The translations under genes were made by a program, and so were the position numbers. From assembly GCA_002269645.1 (NCBI GenBank), contig NIVC01004094.1, forward strand, positions 1 to 60,889: a DNA stretch of 60,889 nt. Reading direction: 5' to 3'. The number at the start of each line of letters is the position of its first letter. The first letter of the stretch is position 1. The notes under the pieces were generated by a model. That model was not told where the DNA came from and did not search any database. It saw only the letters and a list, made by a program, of their open reading frames with translations. Below, piece after piece: positions 17,789 to 29,858 of the stretch. This DNA comes from Macrostomum lignano. Its lineage: Eukaryota.

Positions 17789-18735
17789 GAAAATTCGATC
17801 AAACAAGCGCCGCCAGCGTTGCGACCCCAGCCTGTCTGAACTTCACCACCTGCCAGCGCCCGTATGTGGTTGTGCTCGATGCGGGCAGCACAGGCACCAA
17901 GGCATTGGTGTACCAGCTCGACAGAGGCCTGGTGAGCAGTTCTCACAACAGAGGCCCGGCGAGCAGGAGGCCTATTAGGCCTAATACTCAAAGACACCGA
18001 GTTTCAAGTCGTAAATGATCCCCGATACAGCATCGTTGCCGTGGTGGCGGATCCATTTACTCGTAAGTGGCTGTCGCTCTTCCCACCATGCGCTTTTCGG
18101 CCGGAAGTTTGAGAAGTTTCAACAAGTCGACTGTCTTTGCGAGCAGCACAATCGGATTCAAGTCCGCGGCATGCCTCGACTACTGCAGGAACGGCAGTCT
18201 GCAATCTGAGTACCATGCAATCGCCCTGCCTGAACCCGAGATTCAAGAGCGCGTATTTCTTCAACTCGCCCAGCATCAACGTCACCGGTGATCCGGCGAT
18301 CCCGGTTTCCCAGCGCTGGTACGAGTGCCAGGCCAGGGTCAGAGAGTTCCTCCGCTCGGTTGGTCCGATTCAGCGACCCGTGTCCATCGCGTCCGAGAGA
18401 GGTTACGTGGCGGGGGAGGCATCTACTACCCTTTGAGGTCGCTTAATGAGCTCGGTCACCTCAGCAACACGATCCCAGGCCCTGTGACCCTTTCCGAGCT
18501 GACAGCGGTGGCAAAGAAATCCTGCATCGATCCCCCCGTGGAATGCAGATTCAAGCCGTACCTTTGCCTGGACAGCGCGTACATCGCAACCCTGCTGACG
18601 GAGAGCTACTTATTCTCAGACGATCAGAAATTCTTCATAGCCGACTCAATTGACGACTGGCCAGCGGGACTGGCCATGGCGTTCGCGACCAGACCCGATG
18701 AAGTTGGCGCCATACAAGTTGGCCATGAGCTTTGA
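17789..18735 (+). pseudogene. GDA1/CD39 (ENTPD5/6-like) NTPDase, frameshifted and lacking the central region
   Basis: ACR1 VVVLDAGSTGT; later SPCLNP, YECQARV, GGIYY, YLCLDSAYIATLL...WPAGLA resemble the ENTPD5/6 C-terminal half; ACR2-4 not found. Confidence 0.7.
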
Positions 18736-18934
18736 GGAGTCGTGAAGCAATTCAAACCAAGAGAAAGTGAACTCGTGAAAGTCAGATTGATGAACTCCCC
18801 GAGTTGAAAAATAAAAACGAGCGATGCATAAAGTGTGCCGATCGAGGCACTCCCGCCTGCCGTGACTTGATAGAACCGTATCATCCAATGCTTGTGGCTT
18901 CAGTGCAGCTGATAGTTATGATAACAACTGATTG

Positions 18935-19165
18935 CATCTGAAGGCTTCTCAGTCAAAGGACTGGGGGGGGGGGTCGCCACACACCCTCAATTACCCCCGC
19001 TAATCCTGGCACCCCATTTTACAGCTGGGGTGAACTGAAGCAATGCAGAGTTGTCTTTCTAAAGGACACAAACTTTTCCGAGTAGGTTTGGAATCGAACC
19101 CCCCCCCCAACCTTTCAGACGCTCAACTGGGATTGGACACCAACGGCACTAATTGCCGAATTGCA
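18935..19165 (-). mobile_element. tRNA-derived SINE with CORE/MIR-like central domain
   Basis: ccccattttacagctggggtgaactgaagca...aaggacaca...ggaatcgaaccc resembles the reverse-strand MIR/CORE consensus; B-box GGTTCGATTCC on the minus strand (~19090-19100). Boundaries approximate. Confidence 0.55.
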
Positions 19166-19558
19166 GAGCACCTGTTGCTAAAATAAGCAAAATGACCTAA
19201 AGTGACTCTAAAAATCGTCTAAAAATCATTAGTAATCACGGTTCAATATCGTTAAAAAGGCCATTGGAGCTGTTAATGAACAGTTAAATTCTGATTCGTG
19301 CCGGCCGGGCCTATAAAATCTTGTAATACCAATAAAATCACACAGTACTGAGCACAAAGCCTTCGGTTTACAAAAAATGTTTTTCTTTGTGACAGTAAAA
19401 TTTTCCGAATAATTTAAACATTCCATTAATGAACTATAGCCATCAAGCTAAGGACAAGACATGGAATAGCCTACGTTTACCAATTTGTCTTAATTACGAG
19501 TATGTTCAAGCCATATATGCATGCTTAGTTGTCAAACATCGGTTCATGAGCCAGTCGG

Positions 19559-22500
19559 TCAGAACACCACGATGGTGACCAGCCAGGTCAGGAAGATGAT
19601 CAGCATGCCGGCCAGGTAGACTCCGAAGAGCAGCCGCAGCAGCCGGAACTTGGCCGTCTCGATGCTGTCCTTCTCCTCCGAACTGTCGGCATCCTGCGCC
19701 TCTGCGGAAGCGGAGGGGGGCGCGGGTTTTGCGAGGCGGGTTCGAGGACCATCTTCTGGACTTCCAGTGATGCACATAAAGTTCGTGCGCGATAGATTTG
19801 AGTCTTGAGATTTTTGAGAAGATGTTTCATTAGACCGGTCAATTATGACAAAGGAAGGTTCTTCGGAAGTCGTTTTATATTTAAAAAGGAAGTTTTTGCA
19901 GATTGGATTGCATAAGAAGTCTAGATTAAAACTTATATAATGTCTTTTGTATAAAAGAATTCTGTACGAGAGACAGGAAGAACCGATGTGTTGCTTCAAT
20001 TTACCTCGTTTGCCCACGAGCTCCCAATCTCGGCAACCCACGAGCTCCCAATCTCGGCAACCCACGAGCTCCCAATCTCGGCAACCCACGAGCTCCCAAT
20101 CTCGGCAACCCACGAGCTCCCAATCTCGGCAACCCACGAGCTCCCAATCTCGGCAACCCACGAGCTCCCAATCTCGGCAACCCACGAGCTCCCAATCTTG
20201 ACAACCCGGCAACCCACAATCCCCCCCGAGTCTTCCCAACCCGGATGTGCAGCAAGAGTCTCACTGCTTCCAAAGCGAGCCAGCACGATGGGCACTACAA
20301 TCTGGAACACCAGGTGGAAGCCCAGCCAGGTGAAGGCGTACACCAGATGAGAAATCCGATAGGACTGCGGCAGCGACGACAGGAACCCGATGGTGATGAT
20401 GGTGGTGTCTGGAATTTGAACAAATTTCGAAGCGATGTGTGAGACAGTTGTATAACTAAATTGGGCCACGAATTTGCTTGAGTACTACTACTCTTAGGAA
20501 CAGTTGTTAAGTAGTGCAAACTTGGCAAAATGATTAATCTTCTGGCAACTATAAAAAAACACGGAAAAGTAAAGCCAATAGTATGGCACTGTGCTGCTGA
20601 ACATAACAATACCTGCACTCCTGTTACCCACCTGCCAGCGACAGGGCGGTGTAGGCTACGATCTGGTGGGCGATTTTGAACCAAGGCCGCTTGGGCGAGT
20701 CTTTGTCCGGCCGCAGCGCGCCCATGAGGATCTGCACCACCGTCAGGCACACGATGGTCAGTCCCATAGCGCCGTGGCTCTGAGTGTTGCTGTACATCTG
20801 GGAATTAAAAAAGAACAAAGAACTCAGACATTGTTGCTTGCTTTTTGGACCCCCAGAGAAGTGAAACTCACGGAGCGCCACTTCCAGTCGAACTCGGCAA
20901 ATATGAGCAGCACGCCAATCAGGGAGGCGCAGAAGCCCGTCACCATGAAGCCTCGGTGAAGCTGCAGATTTCAAATGATTTTATTAATGAGCTGCTTTGC
21001 CACACTCACCCCTCAGTCCCTACCCCTCATCCCCAGCCCCTCATCCCCTGCCCCTCTTGCCCTGCCCCTCTTGCCCTGCCCTTCTTGCCCTGCCCCTCTT
21101 CCCCTACCCCTCATCTCCTGCCCCTCTTGCCCTGCCCCTCTTCCCCTACCCCTCATCTCCTGCCCCTCTTGCCCTGCCCCTCTTCCCCTACCCCTCATCT
21201 CCTGCCCCTCTTGCCCTGCCCCTCTTCCCCTACCCCTCATCTCCTGCCCCTCTTGCCCTGCCCCTCTTCCCCTACCCCTCATCTCCTGCCCCTCTTTCCC
21301 TGCCCCACTTCCTCTGCCACCCACATGGAACCAAAGCTGCACGTTGCCGTAGCTCTTCATGAAGAGGCAGCGGTAGAATAGCGCCAGATTGGCACCCAGA
21401 GGCATCAGGAACTGCCAGGCCGTCAGCATGAGGCTGCCGTGAGCTCGCCGCAGGCCGCTAATGCGATGCGCCGAGTAGCCATCGCGAGACTGCAGGTTAA
21501 CCTGGCTGGTGGAGATCGCCGGCATCTCCGTGTGCTGCTGGACGCTGCTGCTGTCTGAATGCAATTTTTGTCAAAGCCGGGGCGATGAATCATTTGGAGA
21601 AATGATGCAGTACAGTACAGATAGATGTGCATTTCAGATGCCACTGTGTGGCTGTGGTCAAGTGCGGCTGTGGTCAGGTGAGGCTGTGATCAGGTGTGGC
21701 TGTGGTCAGGTGTGGCTGTGGTCAGGTGTGGCTGTGATCAGGTGTGGCTGTGGTCAGGTGTGGGATTGTGATCAGGTGTGGCTGGGATCAGGTGTGGCTG
21801 TGGTCAGGTATGGGATTGTGATCGGTGTGGCTGTGGTCAGGTATGGGATTGTGATCAAGTGTGGCTGTGATCAGGTGTGGCTGTGGTCAGGTGTGGCTGT
21901 GGTCAGGTGTGGCTGTGGTCAGGTGTGGCTGTGATCAGGTGTGGCTGTGATCAGGTGTGGCTGTGGTCAGGTGTGGCTGTGGTCAGGTGCGGCTGTGGTC
22001 AGGTATGGGATTGTGATCAAGTGTGGCTGTGATCAGGTGTGGCTGTGGTCAGGTATGGGATTGTGATCAAGTGTGGCTGTGATCAGGTGTGGCTGTGGTC
22101 AGGTGTGGCTGTGGTCAGGTGTGGCTGTGGTCAGGTGTGGCTGTGGTCAGGTGTGGCTGTGGTCAGGTATGGGATTGTGATCGGTGTGGCTGTGGTCAGG
22201 TGTGGCTGTGGTCAGGTATGGGATTGTGATCAAGTGTGGCTGTGATCAGGTGTGGCTGTGGTCAGGTGTGGCTGTGGTCAGGTGTGGCTGTGGTCAGGTG
22301 TGGCTGTGGTCAGGTGTGGCTGTGGTCAGGTGTGGCTGTGGTCAGGTGTGGCTGTGGTCAGGTGTGGCTGTGGTCAGGTGTGGCTGTGGTCAGGTGTGGC
22401 TGTGGTCAGGTATCGGATTGTGATCGGTGTGGCTGTGGTCAGGTGTGGCTGTGGTCAGGTGTGGCTGTGATCAGGTGTGGCTGTGGTCAGGTGTGGCTGT

Positions 22501-25391
22501 GGTCAGGTGTGGCTGTGGTCAGGTGTGGCTGTGATCAGGTGTGGCTGTGGTCAGGTGTGGCTGTGGTCAGGTGTGGCTGTGGTCAGGTGTGGCTGTGTTC
22601 AGGTGTGGCTGTGGTCAGGTGTGGCTGTGGTCAGGTGTGGCTGTGATCAGATGTGGCTGTGGTCATGCAATTTACCAGGACATTAGACACTATGGCGCAC
22701 CTCTGTAGGTATTTCCGTAAGCTACGAAGACATATCTCGGAGTTCGAAGATCAAAGCTGCGAAGCACAGGAGGCTCCGAACTCTGCCTGGGATTCAGATA
22801 GGTGCGGATGTTCACTGTCCAGGGCAGCGTGAAGTCGCACCGGATGCGTCCGGTGTCCAGCAGCTCAATGTACTTATTCTGCATCGGCGTCTGTTGGCGG
22901 GAGGGGGCACAAAATGCAAAAGAAAGTCTCAGGAAGAGCCGGCTGGCGGGGTGCTCACCCAGCGGTGTCTCTCGTTGAGCCGGCGGTACTTGGGGTTGTA
23001 GCCCAGCTGCATGCTGTAGCCGCCCTGACCGCCTGTGCAGGTCAGGGTCAGGTCGTCTCCCTGCGCAAGGAGTTGCGGGTTCGGGAATATAGTTAGCCTA
23101 GATTCAGATTTAGAAGGCTTCTGGACAGGTTGACTGGGCCATAGGAAACTGGGGTCATGTTAGCCAGGGTCAATTTATTCTGGGTCAGGGTAGCCTGGGT
23201 CATGGTAGCCTGGGTCATTGAAGCCTGGGTCATGGAAGGCTGGGTCATGGAAGGCTGGGTCATGGAAGGCTGGGTCATGGAAGGCTGGGTCATGGAAGGC
23301 TTGGTCATGGAAGCCTGGGTCATGGAAGCCTGGGTCATGGTAGCCTGGGTCATGGTGGCCTGGGTCATGGTAGCCTGGGTCATGGTAGCCTGGGTCATGG
23401 TAGCCTGGGTCATGGTAGCCTGGGTCATGGTAGCCTTAGTCATGGTAGCCTGGGTCATGGTAGCCTGGGTCATGGTAGCCTGGGTCATGGTAGCCTTAGT
23501 CATGGTAGCCTGGGTCATGGTAGCCTGGGTCATGGTAGCCTGGGTGATGGTAGCCAGCATGGTTCAGAAAAGCCTCACCATCTTGTCATCGTCCGACAGT
23601 CCCAAAGACACGAAGTTCCCCACCGCATGCACCAACAGCCGCAGGCGGTTCTCGGCCTCCAGGTAGAGGAACTTCACCAGAATCTCGCAGTTCGCGGTAT
23701 CGCACAAGGCCGGAGACCGCACGCAGCCGAATTCAGTGCCGCAGGCACCTTCTAGGGGGTTGGGCGACTCTCCAATCGTCAGTGGCGGGAAGGGCGGGTC
23801 TTCGCTTGACAGGACGGCGGTCAGCACACTGGAGGTGACGTTGGACCAGAAGGTGCTGAAGGATTGCACCACCGGCGTTCTGCGTTTGATAGATTTTTCG
23901 GTTTGGACCATTGGTTATTATTCATGTTGCAGTAAACTAGCACAGATTACAGTAAACTGGCACAGATTACAGTAAACTAGCACAGATTACAGTAAACTGG
24001 CACAGATTACAGTAAACTGGCACAGATTACAGTAAACTAGCACAGATTACAGTAAACTGGCACAGATTACAGTAAACTAGCACAGATTACAGTAAACTAG
24101 CACAGATTACAGTAAACTGGCACAGATTACAGTAAACTAGCACAGATTACAGTAAACTGGCACAGATTACAGTAAACTGGCACAGATTACAGTAAACTGG
24201 CACAGATTACAGTAAACTAGCACAGATTACAGTAAACTAGCACAGATTACAGTAAACTGGCACAGATTACAGTAAACTGGCACAGATTACAGTAAACTAG
24301 CACAGATTACAGTAAACTAGCACAGATTACAGTAAAGTAGCACAGATTACGACACACGCTCACACAGGCTGTACAGCGGCTTTGATTTCTAATCGTCATA
24401 CATGTACATGTGCACTCTCTGTGCCTTGGGGGTTGGTCTCATGGCTCCAAGACCAAGACCAATTTTCGCGCACAAGCCCAAGTTACTGTGGCTGTGCGCG
24501 GAGTCAAACCAGGGGCTGTCAAACAAGAATCAGACATGTTTTCACAACTGAGCTGCTCTGCCCCTTGCTGCCAGTTTCCATTCCAGACATCTGCACCGTG
24601 AATCAGCCAAGGACACTTACGTGAACACCACGTCTCCCACGGAGCGAGGTGGCGCGGTCCAGCGGGCCGTGATCTCCGACTGCGGAAGGCCGCTGTGGGT
24701 GAGGCAGTTCTGCGGGGTCGGGACGTAGGGGGCTTCGGCTTAAAAATGTTTGTCACCAAGTCGGCCAGTCGATCAACTCAATCGGGAACTCACCGGTAGG
24801 CTGGCGTTCTGGCTGTACCAAAAGCCGCCGACGGCGCCGGTGGGCACCTCGAAGCCGCCGACCAGCTCCTCCGTGTCGTCGCTGACTCGGCGAGCCGCTA
24901 GCGCGAAGCCAAGAAACGACTGACCGCTCGTGCCGCGGAGAGTCACTGGTTGCAGTTTTGAATGGCAGTTTATTACACCTGTTAATTTCCCATCGCAGCC
25001 CAGGTGAGTCCTACGTGTATCTCATCCAGGTGGCTGAGATCTCACCCACGTGACTCCTATCTCACCCACGTGACTCCTATCTCACCCAGGTGACTCCTAA
25101 ATGTATCTCACCCAGGTGACTCCTATCTCACCCAGGTGACTCTTATCCCACCTAGGTGCCTTTTATCTCACACCTGGGTAGCTGCTCACCTTGAACAGTC
25201 TGGCCGGGCGAGTAGCGGTCTGGGCTGAAGGTCAACTCGTAGGGCGGAGCTGAGGTCTGCGGCTGGAAGCCGTGCATCGGCACCAGGTTGCTGCACCTGT
25301 GGTTCGGCGCGCCGTCAGGAAATGCAGCCGACAGGTGAACGCCTGACAGCAGGACTACGGCGCTGAGTAGCATCTGCAGTTCCGGGCTCAT
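19559..25391 (-). CDS. FRRS1: Ferric-chelate reductase 1-like / SDR2 (reeler + DOMON + cytochrome b561), ~11 exons
   Basis: Signal peptide then FPDGAP..C..LVPMHG (reeler), SFLGFAL, THSG..ITARWTAP; DOMON FVSLGLSDDDKM|GDD..C, IRCDF; b561 RAHGSLMLTAW, WFH|LHR, HGAMGL..VQILMGALRP...WFKIAHQIV; last exon ends in a TM helix at 19559; GT-AG junctions traced. Confidence 0.9.
20012..20215. repeat. 24-bp intronic minisatellite
   Basis: cccacgagctcccaatctcggcaa, ~8 copies. Confidence 0.95.
21005..21320. repeat. 42-bp pyrimidine-rich intronic minisatellite
   Basis: ccctgcccctcttcccctacccctcatctcctgcccctcttg repeats. Confidence 0.9.
21646..22665. repeat. 16-bp intronic minisatellite (ggtgtggctgtggtca)
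   Basis: Direct tandem array with variant units. Confidence 0.95.
23175..23555. repeat. 15-bp intronic minisatellite (tgggtcatggtagcc)
   Basis: Direct tandem array. Confidence 0.95.
23930..24350. repeat. 20-bp intronic minisatellite (cagtaaact[a/g]gcacagatta)
   Basis: Direct tandem array, ~21 copies. Confidence 0.95.
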
Positions 25392-26054
25392 CGGCAGCCG
25401 CGAGTTTGACATTCTTGACAAAAAATTATTGACTTCAAATTACAAAACTTATAATGCACTGCGTAAGCGTTCAAAATGCTGCACTTTCCCGCTTCGTGGC
25501 GGCATTGGATGGGATGGGAAAGCCACGCCCTGTAGCCTCAGGCCCCACCCTGTGGCCGCTGTCTGACAGCAGTGCGCAGCGGCTGAACGGAAGGGGGAGA
25601 AAATCTCTCCCCATGGGAAAGAGTTGAACAGATGGAATTTAGGAGACGCTGAGAAGGCACTGCCCTTTTCCAATCCTGCTCTGAGCTCGGCAATTCATGT
25701 AGAGGCATGCGACTGCAGGTGAGATGTACGAGTGTACATGTAATTATATGCACATGTAGCCCAAAGTAGAAGGCGGAGGATGAACCAGAAGATATCCTCT
25801 CACACTCTGTGCTTCATTACCTTTGCTTGCACAAGAGAAATATGACAAATGTAAGGAAGGAGGGTCGAAAGCCAAGGCGATTCTCTGGGTTTTGACTCAT
25901 TTGAGTGACATTCCTGGGCTTGGAGGGCGATTCTCTGAAGTATGAGGGCGATAAAATATTGTTAGATGCTGATTCCATTGATATAGAGACCTATTCTCAA
26001 CAGTTAAAGGCATTTACTTGATTTACTGAGAAGGCGTACGGCGATTCTTTTTGG

Positions 26055-27300
26055 TTGGATGCCGATTCTCTGAGGTTGGGAGGCGATTCTCTGAGGTTGG
26101 GAGGTGATTCTCTGAGGTTGGGAGGCGATTCTCTGAGGTTGGGAGGCGATTCCCTCTGGCTGGGAGGCGATTCCCTCTGGCTGGGAGGCGATTCCCTCTG
26201 GCTGGGAGGCGATTCCCTGAGGTTGGGAGGCGATTCCCTCTGGCTGGGAGGCGATTCCCGGAGCTGGGAGGCGATTCCCTGAGGTTGGGAGGCGATTCCC
26301 TGAGGTTAGGAGACGATTTTCTGAGGTTAGGAGGCGATTCCCTATGGCTGGGAGGCGATTCCCTGAGGTTAGGAGGCGATTCCCTATGGCTGGGAGGCGA
26401 TTCCCTGAGGTTGGGAGGCGATTCCCTGAGGTTGGGAGGCGAATTCCGAGGTTGGGAGGCGAATTCCCTGAGGTTAGGAGGCGAATTCCTTGAGGTTGGG
26501 AGGCGATTCCCTCTGGCTGGAAGGCGATTCCCGGAGCTGGGAGGCGATTCTCTGAGGTTGGGAGGCGATTCCCTGAGGTTGGGAGGCGAATTCCGAGGTT
26601 GGGAGGCGAATTCCCTGAGGTTGGGAGGCGAATTCCCTGAGGTTGGGAGGCGATTCCCTCTGGCTGGAAGGCGATTCCCGGAGCTGGGAGGCGATTCTCT
26701 GAGGTTGGGAGGCGATTCCCTGAGGTTGGGAGGCGAATTCCCTGAGGTTGGGAGGCGATTCCCTCTGGCTGGAAGGCGATTCCCGGAGCTGGGAGGCGAT
26801 TCTCTGAGGTTGGGAGGCGATTCCCTGAGGTTGGGAGGCGAATTCCGAGGTTGGGAGGCGAATTCCCTGAGGTTGGGAGGCGAATTCCCTGAGGTTAGGA
26901 GGCGATTCCCTATGGCTGGGAGGCGATTCTCTGAGGTTGGGAGGCGATTCCCTGAGGTTGGGAGGCGAATTCCGAGGTTGGGAGGCGAATTCCCTGAGGT
27001 TGGGAGGCGAATTCCCTGAGGTTGGGAGGCGATTCCCTCTGGCTGGAAGGCGATTCCCGGAGCTGGGAGGCGATTCTCTGAGGTTGGGAGGCGATTCCCT
27101 GAGGTTGGGAGGCGAATTCCCTGAGGTTGGGAGGCGAATTCCCTGAGGTTGGGAGGCGATTCCCGTAGCTGGGAGGCGATTCCCGGAGTTGTGAGGCGAT
27201 TCCCTGAGGTTGGAAGGTGATTCTCTGAGGTTGGGAGGCGATTCCCTGAGGTTGGAAGGTGATTCTCTGAGGTTGGGAGGCGATTCCCTGAGGTTGGGAG
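26055..27300. repeat. ~21-bp minisatellite (ggaggcgattccctgaggttg) with higher-order blocks
   Basis: Tandem array; overlapping ORFs are repeat artefacts. Confidence 0.93.
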
Positions 27301-27774
27301 GTGAGCTGAAGTCGATACTGTGCCCTTTACCTTGTAGAACTGTAGTGAATTCCGGTGCCACCAGTAGACAGCTGAGTTCAGTGGCTTCAACAGCGACTCA
27401 AATTTCAGCACTCAATCTGAGCTCCAAGGCTGAGAGTTCAGCTTTATGCGGCTAAAATTGAGATAAGAAATCTACTAGCTGTTTAAAGTATGGAAAAGGC
27501 AGCGAGCCAAGGCGAGTTATCGGTTGCCCTTGGAGACCAGCAGGTTAAGCCATTTTATTTATAGCTGACAGCACCGCGAAGGAAAAGTACAAGTCATTAA
27601 TCTACACTCGGGCTGCGTATAAAAAATGATTACTGAAGTGAGTTTGCTACGTTATGAATTTGCACCACTTGTCACTGCTGTTGAGGACAGGGCACCCTCT
27701 GTCAGTCGGCCTCTCGCTTCTGTTTCTGTCATTCTAGTTTTTTAGTCAGTCAGTTATTTTACTAATTAGGAGCA

Positions 27775-28575
27775 CACGTGAGTCAGAGTAAAAACCTGCG
27801 AGTCTGAGAGCAGGAGCGAATCTGAGTCAGCAGGAGCACACCTGTGAGTCAGAGACCAGGAACACATCTGTGAGTAAGAGACCAGGAGCACACCTATGAG
27901 TCTGAGCTAGTAGGAGCAAATATGAGTCAGAGCAGGAGCACACCTGTGAGTCAGAGACCAGGAGCACATTTGTGAGTCAGAGACGAGGAGCACACCTGTG
28001 AGTCAGAGACCAGGAGCACACCTGTGAGTCAGAGACCAGGAGCACACCTGTGAGTCAGAGACCAGGAGCACACCTGTGAGTCAGAGACCAGGAGCACATT
28101 TGTGAGTCAGAGAGCAGAGCACCAAGTCAGAGACCAGGAGCACATCTGAGTCAGAGAGCAGAACACTCAAGTCAGAGACCAGGAGCACACCTGTGAGTCA
28201 GAGACCAGGAGCACACCTGTGAGTCAGAGACCAGGAGCACACCTGTGAGTCAGAGACCAGGAGCACATTTGTGAGTCAGAGACCAGGAGCACATTTGTGA
28301 GTCAGAGACCAGGAGCACATTTGTGAGTCAGAGACCAGGAGCACACCTGTGAGTCAGAGACCAGGAGCACATTTGTGAGTCAGAGACCAGGAGCACACCT
28401 GTGAGTCAGAGACCAGGAGCACACCTGTGAGTCAGAGACCAGGAGCACACCTGTGAGTCAGAGACCAGGAGCACACCTGTGAGTCAGAGACCAGGAGCAC
28501 ATTTGTGAGTCAGAGACCAGGAGCACACCTGTGAGTAAGAGACCAGGAGTAAATCTGATTCAGAGCAGGAGCGCA
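27775..28575. repeat. 26-bp minisatellite (gtgagtcagagaccaggagcacacct)
   Basis: 26-bp period measured at 27991/28017. Confidence 0.93.
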
Positions 28576-29359
28576 CCGATGAGTCTAAACGAAAAAAGCT
28601 GATTGAGAAGCCATACATGAGGTCAATTCTCTTCTCTTAATTTTGTGCTGTAGAGAATGAATCTCTGCAAGCTCTCAAAGATTTATTCAATTCCGAAATT
28701 CGAGCCACTAAATGTTTTAACTGCTGCAAATTAGATTCTCTTCGAGGTGAGATAACAGACATGGAATATTAAAACAGCCTATCAGTGAAAAAGAGATAAG
28801 CGACAGCGAGCATTGTCAAATTAAATTTAATTGGCATAAAATAACTGATTATTTCAAGGACTACAGGTTAATTGACATTATTAATTTATTTATTAAATTT
28901 CACTTTATCGTTTTCGGTGAGAAAATAAGATCAAAAGGTGCCGGCCGCAGTGCTTTGACGACGCAGCGCGCACGCGATAATTGGGACAGGTGAGAGAAAA
29001 CGAACGCCGAGCCCTTTTATTCTAGTCATAAAATGCAATTTGGGTTAATTAGCGCACAGGTGAGACAGATAATAAAATGCTGAAAGGAGTATGTACACCT
29101 GGGGATAGACAGAACTGATACGAGGGGGGGGGGTTGCACAGCGGCGTGAGGCGGGTGTGGGAAATGCAAACCAAACCGCTAACAAATCTTCTACATCATA
29201 ATAACTAAAAGAAGAGAAAATAACAGATTAGAAGTTAGGAAAAAAATTACAATTATGCTTTACACTTGCCATATGCTTTTCTTATACTGTAGGTGATACC
29301 TGATTGGGCTAATGAGCAGAGGGGTAAGAGGAGACCTAGGGTTCCGAAGATGCAGGTGC

Positions 29360-29760
29360 ACACAGGGGGGCAGGGGGACAGGAGCAGAGGGGCAGGGTAG
29401 GGGCAGAGGGGGCAGAGGGGGCAGGGTAGGGGCAGAGGGGGCAGAGGGGGCAGGGTAGGGGCAGAGGGGGCAGAGGGGCTGGGTAGGGGCAGAGGGGGCA
29501 GAGGGGGCAGGGTAGGGGCAGAGGTGGCAGAGGGGGCTGGGTAGGGGCAGAGAGGGCAGGGTAGGGGCAGAGGGGCTGGGTAGGGGCAGAGGGGGCAGAG
29601 GGGGCAGGGTAGGGGCAGAGGGGCAGGGTAGGGGCAGAGAGGGCAGGGTAGGGGCAGAGGGGGCAGAGGGGGCAGGGTAGGGGCAGAGGGGGCAGGGAGG
29701 GGCAGAGGGCAGGGGAGGTGCAGAGGGAGCAGGGGAAGAGCAGAGAGGCAAAGTGGCGGG
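29360..29760. repeat. G-rich purine repeat (ggggcagag / gggtagggg) downstream of ING
   Basis: Low-complexity tandem G-tracts. Confidence 0.85.
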
Positions 29761-29858
29761 CAGAGGGTCAGCAGGTAACAGAATAACAGAAAATACAAAC
29801 CAGAATTCAAAAAGTCTAACGAGTTCCCCGAAGCCGCCAGCGCAGTCATTCGGCCAGC

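Noticed and set aside
19947-27455. Numerous repetitive ORFs (SSQSRQPT, CGCGQVWLWS, MTQAT, NLRESPP and others)
   Set aside because: They are intronic or intergenic minisatellite artefacts; the real coding exons are those of the FRRS1-like gene.
27300-27455. Possible isolated minus-strand exon ending in CAAG|GTAAAG
   Set aside because: There is no homology and no partner exon I can identify.
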